The notes under the pieces were generated by a model that worked only from the letters and a program-made list of their open reading frames with translations, ran no database searches and had not been told where the DNA came from. From an uncultured Alphaproteobacteria bacterium (GTDB lineage Bacteria; Pseudomonadota; Alphaproteobacteria; CAZZKF01), in contig CAZZKF010000005.1 of the NCBI GenBank assembly GCA_964654995.1, forward strand, positions 1,616-65,615: DNA of 64,000 nucleotides, read 5' to 3'. Shown one piece after another: positions 52,695 to 63,813 of the stretch. The position numbers and the translations under genes are program-made. Numbering within the stretch: position 1 is the stretch's first letter; every line of letters begins with the position of its first letter.

Positions 52695-53594
52695 CTAGAG
52701 ACGGAAGACCCGAAACGGGCGAAGCTCGCCATCGCTCAACTCGGCCAGCGCGACAAGCAGGCCGTTTGCGGTGACATAAACCGTACCGTGTTTGCTGCTG
52801 GGGACGCGTATGCGCTGTCCCGATCGCAGCCGGTCCGCTTCGCCGCCGGTTACGGCCAGCGCCGGGATGTCGTCCAGCGCGGTCTCAACCGGCAGTAGGA
52901 AGCCGCTAGGCGGCGGACTATGAACCAAATCTTCCAGTTTATCCAGGGAAATCGCATGGGCTTCGGTAAAGCCGCCGACCGCTGTGCGGCGCAACCAGCA
53001 GACATGCCCAAAACAGCCCAGGGCCCGACCCATATCGCGGGCCAGGGCCCGCACGTAGGTGCCCTTGCCGCAGACGATCTCGAAGGTCGAGACCGCCCTG
53101 TCGTCGCTGGTCTCCACCAACTCCAACGTCTCGATGACCACCTCGCGCGCGGCGAGCTCCGCCGGCGTGCCCTCGCGGGCCAGCGCATAGGCCCGCTGGC
53201 CATCGACCTTGACCGCCGAATAGGCCGGTGGCACCTGCGCAATGCGCCCCGTGAACTGCGGCAGCAGGGCGCGAATGTCGTCATCGGCGGGCCGCGCATC
53301 CGAGTGTTGAACGATCGCGCCCTGGGCATCGTCGGTATCGCGTTCCTCGCCCCAGCGGATCGAGAAGCGATAACGCTTTTCCGCCCCCATCACGAAGGGA
53401 ACGGCCTTGGTCGCCTCGCCCAGCGCCACCGGCAGCACCCCGGTCGCCAGCGGGTCCAGGGTGCCGCCATGGCCGGCCTTGGCGGCGTCCAGAAGCCGAC
53501 GCACCCGGCTGACTGCCTGGGTCGAGGTCCAGCCCTGCGGCTTGTCCAGCACCAGCCAGCCGTGAACGGGGCGGCCCTTTCGCCTGCGTGCCAT
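52695..53594 (-). CDS. truB: tRNA pseudouridine(55) synthase
   Basis: The ATG at 53594 ([24 protein letters not shown]) carries the TruB catalytic motif [11 protein letters not shown]. The upstream 41 codons in the track are a low-complexity artefact. Confidence 0.93.
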   Translation of the reverse strand: MARRRKGRPVHGWLVLDKPQGWTSTQAVSRVRRLLDAAKAGHGGTLDPLATGVLPVALGEATKAVPFVMGAEKRYRFSIRWGEERDTDDAQGAIVQHSDARPADDDIRALLPQFTGRIAQVPPAYSAVKVDGQRAYALAREGTPAELAAREVVIETLELVETSDDRAVSTFEIVCGKGTYVRALARDMGRALGCFGHVCWLRRTAVGGFTEAHAISLDKLEDLVHSPPPSGFLLPVETALDDIPALAVTGGEADRLRSGQRIRVPSSKHGTVYVTANGLLVALAELSDGELRPFRVFRL

Positions 53595-53599
53595 GGCTC

Positions 53600-53989
53600 T
53601 CAGCGCTCCCGCACGCGGTGCAAAAGCCGCTCGATCCGCTGCGCCCGATCGAACGACAGATCGGCGGCGAACATCAGCTGCGGCAGATATTTCAGCGACA
53701 CCTCGCCGGCCAGACATCTGCGCAAGTAGGGCGCGCAGCGGTTGAGCCCGGCCACCACGGGCGCCGGATCGACGCCGCCCAGCGGCGTGATGAAGGCGCG
53801 GGCCAGGCGCAGATCGGGGCTCATCTCGACCGCGGTCACCGTCACCGAGACATCGGCCAGATCGGGATCTCGCAGGTCTTCGCGCATGAAAATCCCGGCC
53901 AGCGCGTGGCGAATCAGCTCGCCCACGCGGCGCTGGCGCTGACTTGGCTGTTTCGGCCCACGCCTGGTCATCTCAATTGCTCGAATCAT
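53600..53989 (-). CDS. rbfA: ribosome-binding factor A
   Basis: 129 aa, RbfA KH-like fold (SQRQRRVGELIRHALAGI). An alternative start ATG lies at 53971. Confidence 0.88.
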   Translation of the reverse strand: MIRAIEMTRRGPKQPSQRQRRVGELIRHALAGIFMREDLRDPDLADVSVTVTAVEMSPDLRLARAFITPLGGVDPAPVVAGLNRCAPYLRRCLAGEVSLKYLPQLMFAADLSFDRAQRIERLLHRVRER

Positions 53990-54028
53990 GTCGTGTCGGG
54001 TCGCCCGCTCCCGTGCCGGAGCTGCGCG

Positions 54029-56614
54029 TCAGAGCGAACGCTCGACCTCCTCGACTTCGTAGACCTCGACCGTATCGCCGACCTTGATGTCCTGGAAGTT
54101 CTCGAAGGCCAGGCCGCATTCGGTGCCCGAGGCGACTTCCTTGACCTCGTCCTTGAAGCGGCGCAGGCTGGTCAGCCGGCCATCGTAGACGACCGTGCCG
54201 TCGCGCACCAGGCGGGCCTTGGCGCCGGCCCGCACAACCCCTTCGGTGACCACGCAGCCGGCCGCCTTGCCGGCCTTGGAGACCACAAACACCTGTTCGA
54301 CCCGCGCGGTGCCGAGAATGGTTTCCTTGATCGCCGGCGCCAGCATGCCCGAAAGCGCCTTCTTGACGTCGTCCACCAGATCGTAGATCACCGAATAGTA
54401 GCGAATCTCGACCCCCGACCTGTGGGCCAGATCGCGGGCCTGCTTGGTGGCACGGACATTGAAGCCGATGATCACCGCGCCCGAGGATTCGGCCAGGGTG
54501 ACATCGGATTCGGTGATCGCCCCCACCGCGCCATGCAGGACGCGGACTGCCACCTCGTCGGTGCCGAGCTGGGTGAGCGAGCCTTCGATCGCCTCGACCG
54601 AGCCCTGCATGTCGGCCTTGATCACCACCGGCAGCTCGCGGGTCTGATCCTCGCCGATGCGGCTGAACAGCGTCTCGGCCGATGCCGGGGTGCGCGCCGC
54701 CACCGCCTTGAGTTTCTTCTGGCGGCGCCGGAATTCGCTGATCTCGCGGGCCCGGCCCTCGTTTTCGACCACCGCAAAGCTGTCGCCGGCCACCGGCGCC
54801 CCGCCGAGGCCGAGAACCTCGACCGGCCGGGACGGTTCGGCCGCGTCGAGCCGGTTGCCGCGGTCATCAATGAGCGCCCGCATGCGCCCCCATTCGGTGC
54901 CGGCCACCACCACGTCGCCAACCCGGATGGTGCCGCGTTGCACCAGCACCGTGGCGACCACGCCTCGGCCCTTGTCGAGCTTGGCCTCGATCACCACGCC
55001 TTCGCCGGGGCGATCGGGGTTGGCCTTCAATTCCATCAGCTCGGCCTGCAGGAGAATCGCCTCGACCAGCTTGTCGAGATTGATCTTCTGGGTCGCCGAG
55101 ACCTCGACATCGAGAATGTCGCCGCCGAGCTTTTCGACCACCAGGTCCTGTTGCAGCAGGTCCTGGCGCACCCGGTCGGGATCGGCGCCCGCCTTGTCGA
55201 TCTTGTTGATGGCGACGATGATCGGCACCCCGGCCGCCTTGGCGTGATTGATCGCCTCGATCGTCTGCGGCATGATGCCGTCGTCGGCCGCGACCACCAG
55301 CACGACGATATCGGTGACCTTGGCGCCGCGCGCCCGCATGGCGGTAAAGGCGGCATGGCCGGGCGTGTCGATAAAGGTGACCCGGCGGCCATCGCCGACA
55401 TCTACCTGATAGGCGCCGATATGCTGGGTGATGCCGCCGGCCTCGCCAGCCGCCACGTCGGTTTCGCGCAAGGCGTCGAGCAGCGACGTCTTGCCGTGAT
55501 CGACATGGCCCATCACCGTGACCACCGGCGGGCGCGGGCGCAAGTCCTCGGGCCGGTCCTCGTCACCGACGACACCGATCTCGACATCTGCTTCGCTGAC
55601 CCGCTTGGCGCGGTGACCGAACTCCTCGACCACCAGTTCGGCGGTATCGGCGTCCAGCGTCTGGTTGATGGTCGCCATGACCCCCATGTTCATCAGCGCC
55701 TTGATCACGTCCGGGGCGCGCTCGGCCATGCGCACGGCCAGGTCCTGAACGGTGATGGCGTCGGGAATGACGACCTCGCGCACCACCTTCTTGGGCGGCT
55801 CGGCGATTCCCATGGCGGCACGCTTTTCGCGCGCTCGGGCACGGCGCATGGCAGCCAGGCTGCGCTGGCGCTCCTCGTCGCCGGCCAGTGCCTTGGCGAG
55901 CGTCAGCTTGCCCGAGCGCCGGCGTTCCTGACCGCGGCGTCCGGCAAACCGGGGGGCCGCCGCGCCACGGCGCTTGCCGGGCGGCTTCGGGGCCTCGAAT
56001 TCGCGGCCCGATTCGGGGCGCTTGGCCGGACTGCCGGCAGCAGCGCCTTCGGCCGCCGGCGACTCATCGGTGAGGCGACGGGCGGCTTCGGCCTCGGCCT
56101 TCTGCCGCGCTTCTTCCTCGGCCCGCTTGCGGGCTTCCTCTTCGGCCCGGCGCCGTTCGGCCGCGGCACGCTCGGCGGCCAGACGCTCTTCCTCTTCGGC
56201 CCGCTTGCGCGCCTCCTCTTCGGCCCGCTTGCGGGCCAGCATGGCAGCTTCGGTGGCGCCCTTGAGCGCCTTCGCCCGAACCGCCTTTTCCTCTTCGGTG
56301 AGCGTCTTGAGCACCACCCGGGGCCGGCCCGGCCGGCCCGCCTCTTCGGTATCCGACAGATCGGGCTCGGGGGCGGTGAAAACCCGCGGCTTCGGCGTCG
56401 CCGCCTTGGCTTCCGCCTCCACCGCCGACTCTTCGCTCAGATCCTTGGGCCGCACCCGCTTGCGCCGGCGCTCGACCAGCACCGTCTTGGTGCGCCCACG
56501 CGAAAACGACTGGCGCACCTGTCCGGTGTCCACGGCCTTGCGGAGCTGGAGCGTTCGACGGGGCGCACCCGACAACGACAGTTTCCCGCCTTCCTTTTCT
56601 TCGTCCTTAGTCAT
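54029..56614 (-). CDS. infB: translation initiation factor IF-2
   Basis: ATG at 56614 ([10 protein letters not shown]...). A Lys/Arg/Glu/Ala-rich N-terminal region, then G-domain motifs [17 protein letters not shown] and NKID. 861 aa. Confidence 0.96.
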   Translation of the reverse strand: MTKDEEKEGGKLSLSGAPRRTLQLRKAVDTGQVRQSFSRGRTKTVLVERRRKRVRPKDLSEESAVEAEAKAATPKPRVFTAPEPDLSDTEEAGRPGRPRVVLKTLTEEEKAVRAKALKGATEAAMLARKRAEEEARKRAEEEERLAAERAAAERRRAEEEARKRAEEEARQKAEAEAARRLTDESPAAEGAAAGSPAKRPESGREFEAPKPPGKRRGAAAPRFAGRRGQERRRSGKLTLAKALAGDEERQRSLAAMRRARAREKRAAMGIAEPPKKVVREVVIPDAITVQDLAVRMAERAPDVIKALMNMGVMATINQTLDADTAELVVEEFGHRAKRVSEADVEIGVVGDEDRPEDLRPRPPVVTVMGHVDHGKTSLLDALRETDVAAGEAGGITQHIGAYQVDVGDGRRVTFIDTPGHAAFTAMRARGAKVTDIVVLVVAADDGIMPQTIEAINHAKAAGVPIIVAINKIDKAGADPDRVRQDLLQQDLVVEKLGGDILDVEVSATQKINLDKLVEAILLQAELMELKANPDRPGEGVVIEAKLDKGRGVVATVLVQRGTIRVGDVVVAGTEWGRMRALIDDRGNRLDAAEPSRPVEVLGLGGAPVAGDSFAVVENEGRAREISEFRRRQKKLKAVAARTPASAETLFSRIGEDQTRELPVVIKADMQGSVEAIEGSLTQLGTDEVAVRVLHGAVGAITESDVTLAESSGAVIIGFNVRATKQARDLAHRSGVEIRYYSVIYDLVDDVKKALSGMLAPAIKETILGTARVEQVFVVSKAGKAAGCVVTEGVVRAGAKARLVRDGTVVYDGRLTSLRRFKDEVKEVASGTECGLAFENFQDIKVGDTVEVYEVEEVERSL

Positions 56615-56670
56615 TGAAATCTGCGTCAATCCTAATTCCAGCGTCCGTCCATATCCATGCGCAAGGGTCA

Positions 56671-57339
56671 TCACCGAGCTTCCACGCCGGCCCGAAACCC
56701 CTTCAGGCGCGCAAGCTCGGCCCGCAACTTGTCAGCCCTGTGCCCACCGGCCACAGCAGCATGTACCACATTTTGCCGTCCCAATGCCAAGCCCAATTCC
56801 TCGACGGTCAAAAGCTCGGCGACGGCAATCGCCGCGGCTCGGCGTCTCAGCTCGCGGCGCTGGCGCTCGGAGCCGTCGGCCGCCTGGATGAGCAGCGCCG
56901 CGCGGCCTGCGTCCAGCCACGCCTTGACCGATTCGAAGCCGATCGCCAGATCACCCGCCTTGCGCGCCAGCCCGAGAAGGCCAAGACAACGGCGGACCAG
57001 CAGCGCTTCGGCCGCATCCGCCAGATCGGTATCGCCGCGGGCCAGCGGCCGGCCCCCCAGGGCACGCCGGATCAGCCCCTTTTCCTGGGCCCGCACCAGC
57101 GCCTCGCGGGTGGCGCTGACCCAGCAGCCGCGCCCCGGCAACTTGGCTGCCAGATCGATGACCGGAACGCCGTCGGGATCGAGCACGATCCGGATCATCT
57201 CGGCCGGCGGCCGGCGCGCACCCGTGACCAGACAGCGGCGCAGCGACAGGCGCGCCGGGCGGGCCGGGGCGATCGCTTCAGGCTTCGGTGCCAGCTTCGA
57301 TGCCCGCCTGCTCGCCGGTATCCGCCGCCTGCCCGTCAT
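56671..57339 (-). CDS. YlxR/DUF448 RNA-binding protein fused to a ribosomal L7Ae-like domain
   Basis: 222 aa. DUF448 core (RRCLVTG...IRIV) followed by an L7Ae-like domain ([20 protein letters not shown]). The ORF overlaps the nusA 3' end by about 60 nt, so the true start may be internal. Confidence 0.75.
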   Translation of the reverse strand: MTGRRRIPASRRASKLAPKPEAIAPARPARLSLRRCLVTGARRPPAEMIRIVLDPDGVPVIDLAAKLPGRGCWVSATREALVRAQEKGLIRRALGGRPLARGDTDLADAAEALLVRRCLGLLGLARKAGDLAIGFESVKAWLDAGRAALLIQAADGSERQRRELRRRAAAIAVAELLTVEELGLALGRQNVVHAAVAGGHRADKLRAELARLKGFRAGVEAR

Positions 57340-58897
57340 TCGTCGTGGCGCTCGCCGGCGCCCCCTCTTCGCCGTCGTCCGCGTCCTCGAACCAATGGGC
57401 GCGTGCCGCCATGATCAGCGCGTTGGCCTCGTCCTCGCCGAGGTCAAAGTCGCGCAGCACGCCGTCTTCGCGATCAATCAGCTCGTCGCTGGCGAGATCG
57501 GCGAAATCATCGAGCGTCTTGATCCCGGCCTCGCCGAGCGTGACCAGCATCGCCGGGGTCAGCCCGTCGAGCGCCGCCAGCTCGTCCTCGACGCCGAGCT
57601 CGCGCCGGCGTTCATCATACTGGCGGTCGCGCTCTTCCAGCGCCGCCTGGGCGCGGCGCTGCAGTTCGGCCGCCAGGTCCTCGTCAAACCCTTCGATCAG
57701 GGCCAACTCGCCGACGTCTTCAAAGGCGATCTCCTCGAGCGAGCCGAAGCCTTCGGTGACCAGAAGCTGGGCGATGGTTTCCTCGACGTCGAGGGCCTCG
57801 ACAAACATCTCGGTGCGCTGGCGGAATTCCTCCTGGCGGCGCTGCGATTCCTCGGCCTCGGTGAGAATGTCGATGGTCCAGTCGGTCAGTTGCGAGGCCA
57901 GGCGCACGTTCTGGCCGCGCCGGCCGATCGCCAGGCTCAGCTGATCGTCGGGGACCACCACCTCGATCCTGCGGGTATCCTCGTCGAGCACCACCTTGAC
58001 CACTTCCGCCGGCGCCAGCGCATTGACGATAAAGGTGGCCGGGTCGGGCGACCACTGGATGATGTCGATCTTCTCGCCCTGCAGCTCGCCGACCACCGCC
58101 TGCACCCGGCTGCCGCGCATGCCGACGCAGGCGCCGACGGGATCGACGCTGGCGTCATGGGAGACGACGGCGATCTTGGCGCGGCTGCCCGGATCGCGGG
58201 CCACCGCCTTGATCTCGATGATGCCGTCATAGATCTCCGGCACCTCCTGGGCGAACAGCTTGACCATGAACTGCGGATGGGTGCGCGACAGGAAAATCTG
58301 CGGCCCCCGGGTTTCGCTGCGCACGTCGTAGATATATGCGCGCAGGCGATCACCCTGACGGAAGGTTTCGCGCGGCAGGGTCTCGTCGCGCCGCACGATC
58401 GCTTCGGCATGGCCCAAATCGACGATCACATTGCCGTATTCGACCCGCTTGACGATGCCGTTGACGATCTCGCCGACCCGGTCCTTGTATTCCTCGTACT
58501 GGCGCTGGCGCTCGGCGTCGCGGACCTTCTGCATGATCACCTGCTTGGCGGTCTGGGCGGCAATGCGGCCGAAATCCATCGGCGGCAGTTCCTCCGACAG
58601 GAAATCGCCGACCTGGGCGTCGGGATTGCGCTGCTGGGCCTCGACGAGCGGGATCTCGCGGGCCTCGTTCTCCACCGTCTCCACGACCTCGAGCAGCCGG
58701 TGGAGGTGAATCTCGCCGGTCTCGCGATCGATCTCGGCACGGATTTCGTTTTCCGAGCCGTAGCGCGAGCGCGCCGCCTTCTGAATCGCCTCTTCCATCG
58801 CCTCGAGGACGATTTCCTTGTCGATCAGCTTCTCCCGCGCAACCGCGTCCGCCACCTGCAGCAGTTCCAGTCGATTCGCACTTACCGCCGTCACCAT
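57278..58897 (-). CDS. nusA: transcription termination/antitermination factor NusA
   Basis: 539 aa. N-terminal domain, S1, KH1/KH2 and an acidic C-terminal repeat region. Confidence 0.96.
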   Translation of the reverse strand: MVTAVSANRLELLQVADAVAREKLIDKEIVLEAMEEAIQKAARSRYGSENEIRAEIDRETGEIHLHRLLEVVETVENEAREIPLVEAQQRNPDAQVGDFLSEELPPMDFGRIAAQTAKQVIMQKVRDAERQRQYEEYKDRVGEIVNGIVKRVEYGNVIVDLGHAEAIVRRDETLPRETFRQGDRLRAYIYDVRSETRGPQIFLSRTHPQFMVKLFAQEVPEIYDGIIEIKAVARDPGSRAKIAVVSHDASVDPVGACVGMRGSRVQAVVGELQGEKIDIIQWSPDPATFIVNALAPAEVVKVVLDEDTRRIEVVVPDDQLSLAIGRRGQNVRLASQLTDWTIDILTEAEESQRRQEEFRQRTEMFVEALDVEETIAQLLVTEGFGSLEEIAFEDVGELALIEGFDEDLAAELQRRAQAALEERDRQYDERRRELGVEDELAALDGLTPAMLVTLGEAGIKTLDDFADLASDELIDREDGVLRDFDLGEDEANALIMAARAHWFEDADDGEEGAPASATTNDGQAADTGEQAGIEAGTEA

Positions 58898-58930
58898 CTT
58901 TCACTCCATTCCATACGTCGGCCGCGCCGG

Positions 58931-59416
58931 TCACCCCACCGGGCGGGGCGGCGCCGCAATCAAATCCTCGGTCAGCACCAGTTTCGCCCTGGCGATATCG
59001 GCCAGCGGCAGGGCCAGCGATTCGCCATCGACGATCAGTTTGACCGCATCGCCGGCCAGTCCTTCGAGCCGGCCGCGAAAGCGGCTGCGCCCGTCGATCG
59101 GGCGGACCAGCTCGATGCGCGTCTCGAAGCCGGCGAAGCGCTGAAAATCCGCCGGCTTGACCAACGGCCGGTCGATCCCCGGCGAGCTCACCTCCAGCAC
59201 ATATTCGCCCGGCACCGGATCCTCGACGTCGAGCAGCGCCGAGATTGCCCGGCTGAGCTCGGCGCAGTCGTCGGCCGTCATCGTCCCGTCGGGGCGCTCG
59301 GCCATGATCTGCAGCACCGGCACGCGGCCACCCATCCAGCGAATGCGGACCAGCTCGAAGCCGAGATCGGCCAGCGATGGCGCGATGATGCGCTCGATGT
59401 CTTCCACCGGGATCAT
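58931..59416 (-). CDS. rimP: ribosome maturation factor RimP
   Basis: I chose the ATG at 59416 (MIPVEDIERIIAPSLADLGFELV). The longer GTG start at 59482 would run into an intrinsic terminator hairpin. Confidence 0.85.
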   Translation of the reverse strand: MIPVEDIERIIAPSLADLGFELVRIRWMGGRVPVLQIMAERPDGTMTADDCAELSRAISALLDVEDPVPGEYVLEVSSPGIDRPLVKPADFQRFAGFETRIELVRPIDGRSRFRGRLEGLAGDAVKLIVDGESLALPLADIARAKLVLTEDLIAAPPRPVG

Positions 59417-59450
59417 GCCGGCAAGTTCCGTCCTTTTCGCAAAAAGCTGG

Positions 59451-59477
59451 AACAAAAAAGTGGGCGTCCGCCCACCT
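59451..59477 (-). terminator. rho-independent terminator downstream of trmB
   Basis: On the minus strand the sequence reads GGTGGGCGGACGCCCAC followed by TTTTTTGTT. This is a GC stem of 6-7 bp plus a T6 run, lying 70 nt after the trmB stop and before rimP. Confidence 0.65.
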
Positions 59478-59547
59478 CGCACCGCGCCTGCCTGTCGAAC
59501 CGGCCAGGCGCCCCCGTAACCCCCCTATAATAGCCAAGGTGGGAGCG

Positions 59548-60285
59548 TCAGCAAGCCTTTTCAAGCACATCCCCGTTACCGCGGCGGCGAAACCGCAGAT
59601 AGACGCAGGGCCGCGCCGCCGCCCGCGCCTTGGCCTCATAGCGGGTTGCCACCCAGTCGGCGGGCGGGCGGCGCCAGTCGGCGGCGCACCTCGCCTGCCA
59701 TTCAAACGCCGGCGACGCGATCAGATGGGCGAGCGCCCAGCGGCAATAGCCCATATCGTCGGTGGCCAGGCGCAGCTCGCCCCCGGGTCTGAGCACCCGG
59801 GCAAGCGCCTCCACGGTCGGGCCGGAGATGAACCGGCGCCTGGCGTGGCGGCGTTTCGGCCAGGGATCGGGAAACAGCACGAAGACACGGCCCAGGCTGG
59901 CCGGCACCAAAACGTCGAGCAGGGCGCGTGCGTCATCGCGATAGATGCGGATGTTGTTCAATCCCGCGGCCTCGATGCGGGCGAGCAGGGCGGCGACACC
60001 GTTGATGAACGGCTCGCAGCCGACAAAGCCGATCTGCGGGCGGGCCGCCGCCTGGGCGGCCAGATGCTCGCCGGCCCCGAAGCCGACCTCCAGCCAGATG
60101 TCGTCGACCGGGTGGGCAAACAGCGCCGCCGGGTCCAGGGGTTCCGATCCCGGCTCGGGCAGCGCGATCTCGAGGTCGGGCAGCAGAGTGTCCATGAGCC
60201 GGCGGCGACCGGGGCGCAGCGGACGGCCCCGGCGACGGCCATAGATCCGGCGCCGTTCTGCGCCCTGCTCGGCCATCAGGCTCAC
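59548..60285 (-). CDS. trmB: tRNA (guanine46-N7)-methyltransferase
   Basis: 245 aa. SAM-binding EVGFGAGEHL and the TrmB motif VLFPDPWPKRRHARRR. Confidence 0.92.
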   Translation of the reverse strand: MSLMAEQGAERRRIYGRRRGRPLRPGRRRLMDTLLPDLEIALPEPGSEPLDPAALFAHPVDDIWLEVGFGAGEHLAAQAAARPQIGFVGCEPFINGVAALLARIEAAGLNNIRIYRDDARALLDVLVPASLGRVFVLFPDPWPKRRHARRRFISGPTVEALARVLRPGGELRLATDDMGYCRWALAHLIASPAFEWQARCAADWRRPPADWVATRYEAKARAAARPCVYLRFRRRGNGDVLEKAC

Positions 60286-60303
60286 CGCCCGCGGGCCGGG
60301 CCG

Positions 60304-61470
60304 TCAGCCGCAGGCCGAGCGCAGCGCCTCGACCAGGTCGGTGCGCTCCCAGGAAAAGCCGCCGTCAAGCTCCGGCACCCGGCCGAAATGGCCATAGGCG
60401 GCGGTCCGCGCATAGATCGGCCGGTTGAGGTTGAGGTGCTCGCGAATGCCGCGCGGGCTCAGATCCATGATTTCCAAAAGCACATCTTCGAGCTTTGCCA
60501 CATCGACCTCGGCGTCCCGAAGATCGACGTAGAGCGAGAGCGGCTTGGAGACGCCGATGGCATAGGACAACTGCAGGGTGCAGGCGCTCGCCAGACCGGC
60601 GGCCACCACGTTCTTGGCGAGATAGCGCGCCGCATAGGCGGCCGAGCGATCGACCTTGGTCGGATCCTTGCCGGAAAAGGCGCCGCCGCCGTGCGGCGCC
60701 GCGCCGCCATAGGTATCGACGATGATCTTGCGCCCGGTCAGCCCGGTATCGCCGTCAGGTCCGCCGATCACGAACTTGCCGGTCGGATTGACGAAGAAGT
60801 TGTCCTCCTCGCACATCCAGCCGTCGGGCAGGACATTGATGACATGGGGCCGGACGATTTCGCGCACCTCGTCCTGATCGAGGCCTTCGGCATGCTGGGT
60901 GGAGACCACCACCGAGGTGGCACGCCGCGGCACGCCGTCGACATATTCCAGCGTCACCTGGCTCTTGGCGTCGGGCCCGAGATCCGGCTCGGCGCCGGAG
61001 TGACGGGCCTCGGCCAGCGAACGCAGGATCATATGGGCGTAATAGATCGGCGCCGGCATCAGCGCCTCGGTTTCGCGGCAGGCATAGCCGAACATGATGC
61101 CCTGGTCGCCGGCGCCTTCGTCCTTGTTGCCGGCGGCATCGACGCCGATGGCGATATCCGCCGACTGGCCGTGGACGTAAATCTCGACCTCGGCGTCCTG
61201 CCAGTGGAACCCGGGCTGATCGTAGCCGATATCCTTGACCGCGGCGCGGGCGACATGTTCGAGATGCTCCGGCGTGATCGAGTCGGGACCGCGGACTTCG
61301 CCGGCCAGAACGATGCGATTGGTGGTCACCAGCGTCTCCACCGCCACCCGCGCCTGCGAATCGGCGGTCAGATAGGTATCGACAATGGCGTCCGAGATGC
61401 GGTCGCAGATCTTGTCGGGGTGTCCCTCCGACACCGATTCACTGGTGAAAAGATAGCTCCCCTTCGGCAC
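60304..61470 (-). CDS. metK: S-adenosylmethionine synthetase
   Basis: 388 aa. MetK signatures [17 protein letters not shown] and the GGGAFSGKD loop. GTG start with AGGAGGGG 6 nt upstream. Confidence 0.96.
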   Translation of the reverse strand: MPKGSYLFTSESVSEGHPDKICDRISDAIVDTYLTADSQARVAVETLVTTNRIVLAGEVRGPDSITPEHLEHVARAAVKDIGYDQPGFHWQDAEVEIYVHGQSADIAIGVDAAGNKDEGAGDQGIMFGYACRETEALMPAPIYYAHMILRSLAEARHSGAEPDLGPDAKSQVTLEYVDGVPRRATSVVVSTQHAEGLDQDEVREIVRPHVINVLPDGWMCEEDNFFVNPTGKFVIGGPDGDTGLTGRKIIVDTYGGAAPHGGGAFSGKDPTKVDRSAAYAARYLAKNVVAAGLASACTLQLSYAIGVSKPLSLYVDLRDAEVDVAKLEDVLLEIMDLSPRGIREHLNLNRPIYARTAAYGHFGRVPELDGGFSWERTDLVEALRSACG

Positions 61471-61619
61471 AGCGGCCCCTCCTATGCTGATGGCACCGGG
61501 TCTGCGGGCCAGAATGCGGCCGGCGACCGGTGCTGTATATCAGGCGCGCGAAACCGGAGACAAGGGCCTTGATGGCACGGACCGGGGAGCCGCCGGGGCC
61601 AGCACCCGGCAACGGGAGG

Positions 61620-62054
61620 TCAGGCCCTGGCCTTGCGGGCGCGGCGCTTGCGCGGGCTGGGACCGCCGATCGACTTGACCAGCTCAAAGATGCGCTTGCG
61701 TACCGCCGCATCGGGGATGCGGTAATAGGCACGGACCAGTTCCAGGGTTTCGCGCCGCGCCAGTTGATCGACATCATAGGGACGCGCCGGCGCTTCGCTC
61801 AGACCGACCGCCTTGCCGGTCAACGCCGGGTCGATGTCCTCGAAGAAATAGGCGACCGGGACACCCAGCACCTGGCTCAGCTGATAAAGACGGCTGGATC
61901 CGATACGATTGGCGCCGCGTTCATATTTCTGGATCTGCTGAAACGTCAGGTTCACGGCCTTGCCGAGTTTTTCCTGACTCATGCCCAGCAAAGTGCGGCG
62001 CATGCGGACTCTTTGGCCGACATGCACGTCGATGGGGTTCGGTTTAGCGGTCAC
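61620..62054 (-). CDS. XRE-family helix-turn-helix transcriptional regulator
   Basis: 144 aa. The HTH_XRE core RTLLGMSQEKLGKAVNLTFQQIQKYERG is followed by a C-terminal basic tail. Confidence 0.8.
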   Translation of the reverse strand: MTAKPNPIDVHVGQRVRMRRTLLGMSQEKLGKAVNLTFQQIQKYERGANRIGSSRLYQLSQVLGVPVAYFFEDIDPALTGKAVGLSEAPARPYDVDQLARRETLELVRAYYRIPDAAVRKRIFELVKSIGGPSPRKRRARKARA

Positions 62055-62198
62055 ACTTTATCCTTCCTGTTCCAAACAGTCGGAACGATTTTTGACTACA
62101 GTTCCGGCCACAGGCCCCGACCCCCAACTGGCCAGCCCGGCGCCACCGGCGCGCGAGCCTCCGGCCCGCCAACACATTTATGGAAATTAGAGATCAAA

Positions 62199-63788
62199 TC
62201 AAGTGGGATCGCTGGCGGAGCGCCGATTTCCCCACCCGAACATCCATAAAAAACCAATCGACAGGCCATAAATCGCCAATAACAGACCGTCCCCCCAGCG
62301 GGCGTAGGGCGTCGGCGACGCCAGCGCCTTGGGAAGATCGCGATCGAGAAGGCCGCGCCGGCCCAGCCCCAGCCGGCCGGTGATCCGGCCCAGAGGGTCG
62401 ATGACGCCGGAAATACCGGTGCCGGCGGCGCGAACCAGTGCCACGCCTTGCTCGACGGCGCGCAGCCGCGCCATCTGAAAATGCTGATAGGGCCCGGCGG
62501 TCAGTCCGTACCAGGCATCGTTGGTGATATTGAGCAGCCAGCCGGGGCGCCCGCCCGGCGGCACCACATCACCGGGAAAGATCGCCTCGTAGCAGATCAG
62601 CGGCACGAACGGCGGCAAGCCCGGGACCGTGATCACCTTCAGCCCCGGACCCGGTGTGAAATCAACGTCGCCGGCCGCCAGCTTGTCGATGCCGAAGGCG
62701 GACAGCAGATCGCGCCAGGGAAGATACTCGCCGAACGGCACCAGATGGCTCTTGTCATAGGTGGCGAGAATCCGGCCGGTCGAATCGATCACGTGAAAGC
62801 TGTTCCACAAGGTGATGTCGTCCTCGCTGACACCACGGCGCAGCCGCGGGGCGCCGGTCAGCAGCAACCGCCCGGACCCGATCACCCGCCCGATCAACAC
62901 CCGGCGCGAGGGCTCGGAGGCGAGAAAATAGGGCACCGCGGTTTCCGGCCAGATGACATGGGTGATCGAATCAAGGCCGCTGGCCTCGGTCATCTTCAGA
63001 TAGCGCACGAAGTTGCCCGGCATCTTGTCGGGCAGCCATTTCTCCTTCTGATCGATATTGGCCTGCACGATTCGCAGCCGCACGCCCGGCACATATTCGG
63101 TCGGATGGGCGTTCATCCGCACCGTGCCGCCACCCCACATCGCCAGCATCACGCCGGCCGCGGCCATGACCGACGCCCAGCCGCGAAGGCGGCGCAGGCT
63201 GCCGTCGGCCAGGGTTGCCGGCGCCGCCGCCACCGCCACGGTCACCAGGCTCAATCCGTAGACGCCGAACAGCGCCGCACTTTGCATCACCGGCCCCGAG
63301 ACCGTCCACACATAGCCGAGCAAATTCCAGGGAAAGCCGGTGAGCACATGGCCACGCAGCCACTCGGCGCCGGTCCAGGCCAGCGCCAGGACGACGATGC
63401 GGGCGGCGCCGGGCCGCCAGAACCAGCGCGCCACGGCGGTCGCGGCGCCGGTGAACAGGGCAAGGATCGCCGGCAAGACAAGGGTGGCAAAGGGTATCAT
63501 CCAGGCGAAGCGTTCGGCCTCGACGAGAAAGGCGTTGGCCAGCCAGTAGAGCCCGAAGGCGAAATAGCCGAAGCCGAACCACCAGCCGACGCCGAACGCC
63601 GGCTTGACGCCGGCCGCGCCATCGATCAGCCAGACGAGGATCGGAAAGGACAGCAGCAGAACCGGCAGCACATAGGCCGGCGGCAAGGCGGCGGTGGCCA
63701 GGGCGCCGGCGAGAAAGGCCAGTCCCGCCCGGCGCCAGCCGGCAAGGCCGGCAATCCATGCCGGCCAGTGCCGAAGTTCGGTGCCCAT
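62199..63788 (-). CDS. lnt: apolipoprotein N-acyltransferase
   Basis: I chose the ATG at 63788 (MGTELRHWPAW...), giving 529 aa. The protein has multiple N-terminal TM helices and a C-terminal CN-hydrolase domain (E...K...C triad region ICYEAIFP). The upstream 67 codons in the track are a Trp/Arg-rich artefact. Confidence 0.88.
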   Translation of the reverse strand: MGTELRHWPAWIAGLAGWRRAGLAFLAGALATAALPPAYVLPVLLLSFPILVWLIDGAAGVKPAFGVGWWFGFGYFAFGLYWLANAFLVEAERFAWMIPFATLVLPAILALFTGAATAVARWFWRPGAARIVVLALAWTGAEWLRGHVLTGFPWNLLGYVWTVSGPVMQSAALFGVYGLSLVTVAVAAAPATLADGSLRRLRGWASVMAAAGVMLAMWGGGTVRMNAHPTEYVPGVRLRIVQANIDQKEKWLPDKMPGNFVRYLKMTEASGLDSITHVIWPETAVPYFLASEPSRRVLIGRVIGSGRLLLTGAPRLRRGVSEDDITLWNSFHVIDSTGRILATYDKSHLVPFGEYLPWRDLLSAFGIDKLAAGDVDFTPGPGLKVITVPGLPPFVPLICYEAIFPGDVVPPGGRPGWLLNITNDAWYGLTAGPYQHFQMARLRAVEQGVALVRAAGTGISGVIDPLGRITGRLGLGRRGLLDRDLPKALASPTPYARWGDGLLLAIYGLSIGFLWMFGWGNRRSASDPT

Positions 63789-63813
63789 CAAGCCGCCCAC
63801 GAGCCGATGACGA

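Noticed and set aside
53588-56617. 1009-aa plus-strand ORF, the largest in the window. Similar cases are 56657..59530 (957 aa), 18666..21104 (812 aa), 59539..61572 (677 aa), 36791..38638 (615 aa) and 26944..28662 (572 aa).
   Set aside because: All are antisense to unmistakable housekeeping genes (truB/rbfA/infB, nusA, gyrB/PBP, trmB/metK, ubiB, the HD-GYP sensor). Long open antisense frames are expected at ~68% GC.
61471-61619. SAM-II riboswitch upstream of metK.
   Set aside because: It would be expected by analogy with other alphaproteobacteria. I could not recognise the conserved pseudoknot or AAAGCU-type core by eye. I left it as an item to check rather than a feature.
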